From a virus (taxonomy: Duplodnaviria > Caudoviricetes): 51,467 bases of DNA. The stretch covers positions 1 through 51,467 of the IMG/VR virus record IMGVR_UViG_3300032286_000658. One strand, given 5' to 3'. Positions 33,801-41,094 of this stretch are shown here, in pieces; positions within the stretch are counted from its first letter, which is position 1, and every line of letters begins with the position of its first letter. Made by a program: the position numbers and the translations under genes. The notes under the pieces are model-generated. The model ran no database searches and had not been told where the DNA came from. It was given only the letters and a program-made list of their open reading frames with translations.

Positions 33801-33836
33801 TCCCAGATGAGTAAGCTTCTCCGACTCCTTACTTAA
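30795..33836 (+). CDS. capsid maturation protease fusion (multi-domain)
   Basis: SGDGR.F...PLPLLWQ...GH....VVGRID...GVSADLD...ATIV..PAF protease-like core; second EWF.NP...GRIYGHIAAW...SGDWR domain; two GS[FY]PIRN..DLKNAI repeats; directly upstream of capsid; start GTG 30795 or ATG 30774. Confidence 0.75.
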   Translation: MDNEDLIMEEVLVGDIENPTVVTDEDMLLPLEYILQEEDDLYDKDWTPDPSLTYSLDELGKCSDDEFEALTAAGGFDRNRGNAEELRQYWTRGVGGAKIMWGTPGDWTRCVRQLSKYMGPRAKGYCQLRHKEMTGTYTGSRFNAGKERNFGGNFSIDEQMIDSVIEKSYLVAAAEAAKARVFGVTAGAAMVSGSRFTIPMLLPEDLESGDGRKFKKDAISFRDLPLPLLWQIKTAEGHSGSVVVGRIDYMEKMPQGIGNAYGVFDTGPYGREAERLVKNGFIRGVSADLDQFEAKEHKAENANDDEVGKQKLIINHARVMAATIVAKPAFQECTISVDNTYSSNQEDQVIPADGIYEESIDSFVAGEALIASGFLESEIPVTPPTEWFGNPKLTKPTPITVEPDGRIYGHIAAWHVNHIGMPRSTRPPRSRSNYAYFHTGVVRTDAGKDIPVGQLTLAGGHANLNASAAQAAKHYDDTASAIADVHAGEDDYGIWVSGSLRPEATEAQIRALRASAPSGDWRPIDGSLELVAVCQVNVPGFPIARAMVASGKVMALVAAGASYFAIMKSQHVSTLVERAARLSELSAASADMMTRFETQFGYVSRDKRDALAKEGKAMKDGSFPIRNTEDLKNAIQAHGRAKDIAAAKKHIIKRARALGKYDLIPDEWKKPKTVAASAALESIRERALVASAVTELAKISEEERSSLSKKGQALPDGSYPIRNVDDLKNAIKAFGRAKKEDRPTVRRHIMKRARQLKATDLIPDQWKNADSMQVVSNLDRMRAVIASISSEFATPESEIEDEDLKQLIDAKAEADKQTEEEIKIAEDIAAGKTTAEDKYDEDGRVKYTPATQPRDARGKYRKVLARLRQDLGVAGLQKALAKAEEAENLDFAGNYAKSAGASAELLDMIDRLDSGALNAKSLENVQNSARELGRVISNLPLPFGADAEKLRFSDLPSGLKDLIDGMISRVESKIGKDDADIATADLKSYMSGADVYSQGEIQSQMSKLLRLLT

Positions 33837-33956
33837 AAAGTAAGGTAAAATTACTAATAGGAAGAGCGCCTCGCAAATTTTTACGAGTCCCTCGGCCTTG
33901 ATTGTTCACCATGAATGGTAAAACATTCATTAACTATGACTGGCCTAGGAGGTACA

Positions 33957-35933
33957 GTGTACGACCAAATCAAAACTCAACTTGATGGAGTTGCAGAGCT
34001 AAGTGACGAACAAGTCGCTGAGCTTCAGACTACCATCATCAGCGAGTTCGACATGGTTGAGGGCGAAGACCCAACTCCTGAAACAGTTGATGCTATGACT
34101 GCTCTTGCAGACTCATTAGACATCGTGCGTGGTGAGCTAGCTCGCCGAGAGGCTCTAGCCGAGCAGCTTGCTGCTCAGGCGGCAGAAGCCGCAGCACGTG
34201 TCAAGGGTATTGCAGAAACGTCAGAAGAGGAAATGGCTATGAATGAAGACATGCCTATGGAAGAGGAAGTTCCTACCGAGGAAGTTCCAGCTGAAGAGGC
34301 TCCTGTAGTTGAAGTTGAAGTTAATCCGGAGGAAGAAGTTCCTACTGAAGAAGCTCCAGCTGAGAACAAGGAGAAAAAGTCTATGACCGAGTACAGCTCG
34401 GACGAAGAAGTAGCCGCAACCCCTGAGGTTGAAGAAGCAGTAGAGGAAGTTGTTGCAGAAGCAGAACTTTCAACAACTGAAGAAACAACCGAAGACGCAT
34501 CAATTGATCAGGAAGACGGATCCGAACTGTCAACTGACGAATCATTAACCCAAGAAACAACTATTGCTCCAGAAGAGCAGGAAGAGCAGGCCCCAGTGAC
34601 CACTCCAGCAGAAGAGAGCTTCTCAGCTCCAGCTGATCGTCAGCCTGTTGTTCAGGTTACAGAAGCACCAGTAGCAATTACTGCTGGCGCGGACATCCCT
34701 GGCTACACAGCTGGCACCGCACTATCAAACATGTACGAAGTAGCTCAGGCTATGGAAAAGAGACTCCACTCTCTACGTCGTGTAAATGGAGGAGATGGAG
34801 AGCAGCACATTGTTGCATCTTTCTCTACTCTATACCCTGAGGAACGTATCCTCGGTACAGATGCAGAAGCAAATGCTAAAAAGATTGCTGCAGTAACCGG
34901 TCCAGAAGCACTTGTTGCTGCTGGTGGATACTCAACACCTTTTGAAGTAAAGTATGACATTTATGCAATTGGTTCAACCAACGCCCGTCCTCTACGCGAT
35001 GCATTGCCTCGCTTCCAGGTCGACCGTGGTGGTATCCGTTTCATTACACCACCTACCTTTGCTAACTTGACTTCAAACACCACCACTTACTCAACTGCTG
35101 TTGGTATTTGGACTACAGCTAACGATGCAACTGCTACTAACACCACTACAACAGTAAAAGATAACCTAGTTATCACTGGTGCTTCAGAACAGACTGCAGT
35201 TGCAGATGCTGTAACCCTACAGCTACAGTTCGGTAACTTGATGACTCGTGCTTACCCAGAGTTGATTGCTCGTCACAACGAACTTGCTCTAGTACAGCAC
35301 GCTCGTGAAGCAGAAGAGAACCTAGTTTCAGGTCTTGCTGCTGGATCAACCGCAGTTACAAGTGCCAGCCTTATTGGTTTTGGTCGTGACTTCTTGGTAC
35401 AGGTTAGACGCGCAGCGATGGCCTACCGTGGTCGTCATCGTCTTCAGGTAACTGCTCGCCTAAAGGTTGTAATCCCTGAGTGGGTTTACGATGCAATGGC
35501 AGCTGACCTAACTCTAAACATGCCAGGAGATGGTAACCTATCTATGTCACGTTCTGAGATTGATGGCTACTTGTCTAACATTAACGTAGACGTAGTTACT
35601 GTTTTGGATAACACAGGTTCATCAATTGATCAGTCAATGCAGTTTGCTCAGGTTGGTGGTGCTCTTAACGAGTTCCCAGACACATTCCGTTGGTTCATCT
35701 TCGCTGAAGGAACATTCTTGTTCCTAGATGGTGGAACTTTGGATCTTGGAATCATCCGTGACAGCACTCTTGTTGGTCAAAACAACTACAAGATGTTCAT
35801 TGAAACATTTGAAGGTGTTGCAAAGGTCGGTATCGAGTCACTCGTTGTCACCTCAACCATCAACGTAAACGGTGCAGTTGCTGGAACCAGAGATACCCTT
35901 GGTACTCAGGCTTCAGCTAGTATCGAATACTAG
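33957..35933 (+). CDS. major capsid (hexamer) protein with N-terminal acidic scaffold region
   Basis: AGGAGG SD before GTG 33957; Glu-rich N-terminal ~240 aa; LP.F.VDRGGIRF and EGTFLFLDGGTLDLGIIRDS.L...N.Y..F.E.FEG motifs. Confidence 0.85.
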   Translation: MYDQIKTQLDGVAELSDEQVAELQTTIISEFDMVEGEDPTPETVDAMTALADSLDIVRGELARREALAEQLAAQAAEAAARVKGIAETSEEEMAMNEDMPMEEEVPTEEVPAEEAPVVEVEVNPEEEVPTEEAPAENKEKKSMTEYSSDEEVAATPEVEEAVEEVVAEAELSTTEETTEDASIDQEDGSELSTDESLTQETTIAPEEQEEQAPVTTPAEESFSAPADRQPVVQVTEAPVAITAGADIPGYTAGTALSNMYEVAQAMEKRLHSLRRVNGGDGEQHIVASFSTLYPEERILGTDAEANAKKIAAVTGPEALVAAGGYSTPFEVKYDIYAIGSTNARPLRDALPRFQVDRGGIRFITPPTFANLTSNTTTYSTAVGIWTTANDATATNTTTTVKDNLVITGASEQTAVADAVTLQLQFGNLMTRAYPELIARHNELALVQHAREAEENLVSGLAAGSTAVTSASLIGFGRDFLVQVRRAAMAYRGRHRLQVTARLKVVIPEWVYDAMAADLTLNMPGDGNLSMSRSEIDGYLSNINVDVVTVLDNTGSSIDQSMQFAQVGGALNEFPDTFRWFIFAEGTFLFLDGGTLDLGIIRDSTLVGQNNYKMFIETFEGVAKVGIESLVVTSTINVNGAVAGTRDTLGTQASASIEY

Positions 35934-35942
35934 TCGATAAAT

Positions 35943-35990
35943 CCCTAGTTGTTGGGGTGGCCTTTTCGGAGGTCACCCCTGCAACCGGGG
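35943..35990 (+). terminator. strong hairpin between the two capsid genes
   Basis: GGGGTGGCCTT-TTCG-GAGGTCACCCC core (35954-35979) with extendable outer stem; no T tract. Confidence 0.6.
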
Positions 35991-36016
35991 GCAACACTTA
36001 AAATAAGGATTTTTAA

Positions 36017-36901
36017 ATGGCTTTTCCAAAGAATGGCGTTGTAGAGGCACCAAAGATTATGCCCTCCGCTTTTGGCCTACTCGCTGTAGTGCCGCCTCAA
36101 AATTCCGCTGACGAGGATATGTGGATCCGTGGTTTTTCTCAAGAGTTTGAGACTGAACTTTATGCAGCAAAAAATACTGATGATACAAATACTACTAGCT
36201 TTGATGTTGTAGCCCTAACCGCTCCCGCTGCTAACTATTTTGATGTAATTAAGCCTTGGTTCATTGAAGTGGACGAAATTATTTCAGGTTTAGGGTTTAG
36301 AGGTCTTGACCGTATTGCACGCATAAAGCGTCAACTTGAGGGCATTACTCAAGATGCTATGGAAAAAGAACTCTGGGACGGAGCTATCCGTAAGGGTAGG
36401 TCTCACGAAAATAGAGCTCTTTCAAGCTCTACAGCCACTATTGTCAACTCTGGAGTTGCAGTTTCTCCTAAAGTAGCACTTGCTTATCTGGAGCAACGTA
36501 TTGGTGAAGTTTCTGAAGCCGGAGAGCAAGGCATTATTCACATGACCCGCGACGTAGCGGCCATACTTTCAAGCAATAGTCAAATGCTATTCCACAACAA
36601 AGATTTTGACCACCTGCAAACTATGGGGGGCACCCCTGTGATTGTTGGGTCTGGCTATTCGGGCAATGGCCCGGCTGGTGCAACTGGTGAAACAGCAACA
36701 GCCGATAACAAATGGATGTATGCAACTGGCACTGTCCGAACATATGTTGGCAACATTGATGTTGTAAATGATAACTTGGCACAAGCTTATAATGTGTCCG
36801 GAAACAATAATAATATGCGTCTCAAGGCAATCCGCCCAGCTGCGGCTTACTTCGACACATCAATCCACCTAGCTGTTAGAGTCAATCTAATAACAGCCTA
36901 A
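36017..36901 (+). CDS. second capsid protein (pentamer-type)
   Basis: 294 aa between major capsid and tail tube; E.ELWDG, GIIHM, T.GGTPVIVGSGY, WMYATG.V motifs as in two-capsid-protein actinophages. Confidence 0.7.
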   Translation: MAFPKNGVVEAPKIMPSAFGLLAVVPPQNSADEDMWIRGFSQEFETELYAAKNTDDTNTTSFDVVALTAPAANYFDVIKPWFIEVDEIISGLGFRGLDRIARIKRQLEGITQDAMEKELWDGAIRKGRSHENRALSSSTATIVNSGVAVSPKVALAYLEQRIGEVSEAGEQGIIHMTRDVAAILSSNSQMLFHNKDFDHLQTMGGTPVIVGSGYSGNGPAGATGETATADNKWMYATGTVRTYVGNIDVVNDNLAQAYNVSGNNNNMRLKAIRPAAAYFDTSIHLAVRVNLITA

Positions 36902-36923
36902 CAAGAAATAAGGAGAAAAGGCT

Positions 36924-38072
36924 ATGCCTACTCAAGACTATGCAGCCAGCATCCAAGGTGTGTCGATTCGTGTCACTCGCCTAGACGCAGCCGGCAACCT
37001 ACTAAACGGTGCAGGAGACAGCTATGTCACTTCCGCATTTATGCGTGTATCGTTCACTCCAGAATATGAAGAAGGTGACGAGATCACCGAAAAGGGTGCT
37101 AATGGTATTGTATGTGTAACATACAAAGCTCCAGACACTCTAAAGCGTATCACCATGGAGCTAGCTATCTGTGAGCCAGACTCTGAGCTTTCACAGTTGC
37201 TATCCGGCGGTCTATTGCTTCGCAAGGATATCGATGGTGTATCTAAGTCAATCGGTTGGGCTGCTCCAGGCGTTGGCGATGACCCAGCTGGTAACGGTGT
37301 TGCCCTAGAAGTTTGGTCAAATGCAATTTCTGGCGGAAAAAAGGCTGCAGTTCTTCCTTACTTCCACTGGGTATTCCCTTTTGCAAAGATGCGTCAGTCT
37401 GGCGACCGTGTTATTGAAAACGGTATGCTTGCAACTACATTTGAAGGCTATGGCCTAGGTAACCCTAACTTTGGTAGCGCACTGGATGGCCGTTGGTTGT
37501 TCCCTGTTGCTGCTGAGCGTCCATACTCCTATGCACGTAGCGACTGGGCTCCAGTTGGTCTAAAGGGCTTCTACACATGGACCGATAGAACTACTGGTAA
37601 TGACCTAGTATACTTCACCAGGTCTGGTATTCAGGGTGCTACTGGAATTACTATTCAGAGCCTTACTGCAAATGGAACTACTGCAACCATTACTTTAAGT
37701 GCTAACGTTACAATTGCTAACGTTGCAAACGGAGACTTTGTTGAAGTAAGTGGTGTTGGTACTGCATTTGATACTGGATCAGAGGGTGTAGCTGGAACAA
37801 TAGCGAATGTGAATGCAAATGTTATCACTTATACACTTCCAACAAGTGTTGGTTCTACTGAAGTTACAGCGACTCTTACTAATATAAGTCGTGTATCTCT
37901 AGTAGACAGTAATACAGAGCTCCCTGGTTACACAGAAGTAACTTCTGCTGCAATTGAAACTCTTTATGCTGGAAGTTCTACAACAAATACAACATCTACC
38001 TTCAATGTTCCTGGTGGTGCAACATACAACCCAGATAACAACATCGATATTATCATCAAGGCTAACGACTAG
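36924..38072 (+). CDS. major tail (tube) protein with C-terminal beta-rich extension
   Basis: IRVTRLD..G, EEGDEI..K.ANG.VCV, ALEVWS, YFHWVFP motifs; AGGAG SD. Confidence 0.85.
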   Translation: MPTQDYAASIQGVSIRVTRLDAAGNLLNGAGDSYVTSAFMRVSFTPEYEEGDEITEKGANGIVCVTYKAPDTLKRITMELAICEPDSELSQLLSGGLLLRKDIDGVSKSIGWAAPGVGDDPAGNGVALEVWSNAISGGKKAAVLPYFHWVFPFAKMRQSGDRVIENGMLATTFEGYGLGNPNFGSALDGRWLFPVAAERPYSYARSDWAPVGLKGFYTWTDRTTGNDLVYFTRSGIQGATGITIQSLTANGTTATITLSANVTIANVANGDFVEVSGVGTAFDTGSEGVAGTIANVNANVITYTLPTSVGSTEVTATLTNISRVSLVDSNTELPGYTEVTSAAIETLYAGSSTTNTTSTFNVPGGATYNPDNNIDIIIKAND

Positions 38073-38083
38073 TAAAATAGAAG

Positions 38084-38126
38084 AAAGCGGCATGGTTGGT
38101 GTGTAAACATGCCAACCTGCCGCTTT
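38084..38126 (+). terminator. hairpin/terminator after tail tube gene
   Basis: AAAGCGGCA.GGTTGGT...ATGCCAACCTGCCGCTTT followed by a T-rich stretch. Confidence 0.65.
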
Positions 38127-38150
38127 ATTCTTATTTAGGAGAAAAGACGC

Positions 38151-39260
38151 ATGGGAGTTAACTACTGGGTTCAACCAGAAGACCTCGGCGATTATGCCAA
38201 TACTGAGTATGCCGATGAGGCTGCTAAGACTGCATCTTATCTACTTTGGGCAATGTCTGGCCGTAAATATACTGGCACGACTATTGTTACTGAAAGATAT
38301 ACCTGTACTCTTCGTAATACTAGACTAGGTAATTCAAGTAAGACAGTTTCTCCGGTTCTGTTTGGAGGAGATGTCTACAATATACTTAGTACTGATTACG
38401 ACGAGTACTCAGAGTTAACTACTGATGGTATGTCACCAGAGTCTCGTATTAAACTTCGTGGACGCCCTGTTATTAAAATTCACTCTATTAGGAATAAAGA
38501 TGGAGTAATTCTAGACCCTTCTAGCTACTATTTAGTAGACCACTCCACAATTCATATCGCAATAGATACTCCTTGGACTCCTTGCAATACAGAAATTACT
38601 TATGAATATGGTACTGTAGTGCCAATGGCTGGAAAAATGGCTGCTAAAACTCTGGCCACAGAGTTTGCTAAACTTTGGGCTGGAGATGAGGAATGTGCTC
38701 TACCTCAGCGCGTGACGTCTGTTTCTCGTCAAGGCGTGTCCTACACTATCCTAGATAACCAAGAGTTTATTGATGAGCTTAGGACCGGTCTATATGCCGT
38801 TGATTTATTTTTAAAAACTACCAATCCAGATAATGCTCGTCGTAAGTCTAAAGTATTTTCTGTAGATACCCCTCGTGCTCGTCGATACACCCCTAAAGCT
38901 GCGGTTCTTACTGCTAACGTTAGCTATGACTTAGCAGTAGTTAAATCTACCCCGGCTACCTGGACATCTACAGGAACTGGTGCTAATCTTAGCAACTTCT
39001 TTCCAGCTTCGGGCTGGGCACCTAAGGTGGCTCTCTATAATTATAGTGAATCAAAATCGGTAAACTTAGATTCTTCAGCAATTACTGTTAATACAACATC
39101 AAGTGTTGTATCGTTCACGGTTTCGTACGATAAGGCATTTGCTGCTTTGGGTATGGTAGATCCAGGTACCTGGACTCTTTTTGCAACCAAGACAATTGCT
39201 GGCATTGAGAATATTGTAGAAATAGCATCTGGAAATCTTCAGATCAAGCTATATAGTTAG
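38151..39260 (+). CDS. head-to-tail adaptor with C-terminal extension
   Basis: AS.LLWAMSGR.Y.G, LA.EF.K...C.LP.RVTSVSRQGVS, RTGL..VD.F motifs. Confidence 0.75.
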   Translation: MGVNYWVQPEDLGDYANTEYADEAAKTASYLLWAMSGRKYTGTTIVTERYTCTLRNTRLGNSSKTVSPVLFGGDVYNILSTDYDEYSELTTDGMSPESRIKLRGRPVIKIHSIRNKDGVILDPSSYYLVDHSTIHIAIDTPWTPCNTEITYEYGTVVPMAGKMAAKTLATEFAKLWAGDEECALPQRVTSVSRQGVSYTILDNQEFIDELRTGLYAVDLFLKTTNPDNARRKSKVFSVDTPRARRYTPKAAVLTANVSYDLAVVKSTPATWTSTGTGANLSNFFPASGWAPKVALYNYSESKSVNLDSSAITVNTTSSVVSFTVSYDKAFAALGMVDPGTWTLFATKTIAGIENIVEIASGNLQIKLYS

Positions 39261-39269
39261 GAAATAAAA

Positions 39270-39773
39270 ATGGCTATATACGATCTTCGTAACGTTTCTG
39301 AAGACTCTCTAAATCTAAAAAATATGATGGAGGGGGTTCTTGAAAGAGTTCAGACTGTTTTTCAGTCATACAACGTAGAACTCCCTAACCGCTGCTACTG
39401 GACAATGGGCCAGCCTGCAGTTGACTGCGAGCAACTAGTCGTATCGTTTTTACAGATGTATCTAGGTGCTCCTGGATCTCAGGTGGGTACTCCACAAAGA
39501 TGTAATGTCCCAAGAAGTGCTACATTATCTATATCTATTTCAAGAAATACCCCTATTGTTGGTCAAAATGGTAGACCCCCATCTCCTGACAAAATTGAAC
39601 TAGCTTCTTCAGTGCAAGCTATAGATGCATGGGTACTAATGGAGTCTATGAATCTTCTAGACCAGTGGGATGATCTTGGTTACGGTATTGGAGTTATTGC
39701 TACATTAGAAGCCGGAGAACCAGAGGGTGGTTTTCAGACAACTGTTTTGACTATAACTATGGCAGTACCATAA
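39270..39773 (+). CDS. head-tail connector/tail terminator-like protein
   Basis: Position in module; 167 aa; G.PA.DC.QL.V and P.GG motifs. Confidence 0.55.
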   Translation: MAIYDLRNVSEDSLNLKNMMEGVLERVQTVFQSYNVELPNRCYWTMGQPAVDCEQLVVSFLQMYLGAPGSQVGTPQRCNVPRSATLSISISRNTPIVGQNGRPPSPDKIELASSVQAIDAWVLMESMNLLDQWDDLGYGIGVIATLEAGEPEGGFQTTVLTITMAVP

Positions 39774-39774
39774 A

Positions 39775-40296
39775 ATGCCTTTTTTTGTCATACCGGATAG
39801 CTGGGCAACCTATGGAATAAGTAAGGCTACTAGAGGCCTAAGAAGAGCTGGTAAGGGTGGTACACGACTTTCTATAGGCGGTAGCAGCTCTTCCAGAATA
39901 TCTTACAAATTTAGCAATCTTACCATTTATCAGGAAGAGCTAAGAAAATATTTAAATACTCCCTCTGGAGATCTATGGGGCTATTTAGAGATAAGAGGCG
40001 ATAAAGCCGTAGCGGGAGCAAAAGCTATGGTCGGTGTTAAGACTGGTAGGCTTCAAAGATCTATTCATAAGAAACATTTAGGAAATGTAACTGGTCAATA
40101 CCTGTGGATTGGCTCAAATATTCATTATGCTTATGCACATCACGAGGGCACTAGGCCGCACATAATTACTGCAAAACCAGAAAAAGATCTAGTTTTTAGA
40201 TCAAGAAGTAGGGTTCTAGTTCACACTCCGGTAGTTAAGCATCCAGGTACTAGACCTAACCCATATTTAAGGGCGCAGCTGAGTCACTTTAAATAG
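39775..40296 (+). CDS. HK97 gp10-like tail completion protein
   Basis: V.TGRLQRSI...YA..HHEGT.PH.I...V.HPGT.PNPYL. Confidence 0.75.
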   Translation: MPFFVIPDSWATYGISKATRGLRRAGKGGTRLSIGGSSSSRISYKFSNLTIYQEELRKYLNTPSGDLWGYLEIRGDKAVAGAKAMVGVKTGRLQRSIHKKHLGNVTGQYLWIGSNIHYAYAHHEGTRPHIITAKPEKDLVFRSRSRVLVHTPVVKHPGTRPNPYLRAQLSHFK

Positions 40297-40393
40297 GCTC
40301 TATTAAATCACTTATACTCCAACTTGATAGAATATATAAGAGAGATAAACTTACTCTCTATTAAAATGACACATAAGAAAGATGGTTATACAT

Positions 40394-40729
40394 ATGTCTA
40401 AATTTAAGGATTTTGGTTCCGGCCCCGACCTTTCAAACCTAGAAGAAATTACTTTCCAGCTTCATGGACAAACTTTTACATGCGTTAAAGCTGTTCAAGG
40501 AAAAGTTTTACTTAGTTTAGTAAAAGATTCAGCGAGCGAGGACCCGGCTGCAGCTGCAGCGGTCGTCGATGGATTCTTTTCTAAAGTTTTGACAGACGAA
40601 AGCTTAGCTAGATTCAATGCTTTGATTCTAGATAAAGAAACAATTGTAACCGTAGAGACACTTGGAGATATCACTGGGTGGATCGTGGAGCAGCTGACTA
40701 AACGCCCGGAAGCGCAGCCAGAGGTCTAG
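40394..40729 (+). CDS. tail assembly chaperone (G)
   Basis: Two genes upstream of tape measure; start 40382 or 40394. Confidence 0.75.
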   Translation: MSKFKDFGSGPDLSNLEEITFQLHGQTFTCVKAVQGKVLLSLVKDSASEDPAAAAAVVDGFFSKVLTDESLARFNALILDKETIVTVETLGDITGWIVEQLTKRPEAQPEV

Positions 40730-41085
40730 CAGAATGGGCTATAGATCTCTGGCATTACATAAATGGTAAAGCCTTAGTATCTGGATTAAATTTAAAGGAA
40801 ATGGAAGTATCTGACATGTTAGACGTTGTCCATTTCTTTTTTGAACAAGATTACAGATACCACACTGCTGAAGAAGCTAAAAGCACGGAGGCTCTTAGAA
40901 TTGCTCTATACGAGACTATGTACCAAACAAAATTTAAATATAGAACAAATAACAGTAATAACTCCTCTAGCAGTCAAGGTTTTTCTTCCGATAATTTTGA
41001 AACTAAACCTTATATTCCTCCAACCGACTTTGATCCAGACTCCAGCAACCCATTTGGTGCTGCTTTAGAAGCCCCTCTTAGATAG
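40702..41085 (+). CDS. tail assembly chaperone frameshift extension (T part of G-T)
   Basis: The -1 frame is open from 40702 (TPGSAARGLAEWAIDLWHYINGKALV...) into the 40801 ORF and overlaps the end of G; candidate slip site CCCGGAA at 40705-40711. Confidence 0.7.
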   Translation, partial: TPGSAARGLAEWAIDLWHYINGKALVSGLNLKEMEVSDMLDVVHFFFEQDYRYHTAEEAKSTEALRIALYETMYQTKFKYRTNNSNNSSSSQGFSSDNFETKPYIPPTDFDPDSSNPFGAALEAPLR

Positions 41086-41094
41086 TAGATGTAA

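Noticed and set aside
33915-33956. Capsid start at ATG 33915
   Set aside because: No SD and it lies in a hairpin; GTG 33957 has a well-spaced AGGAGG.
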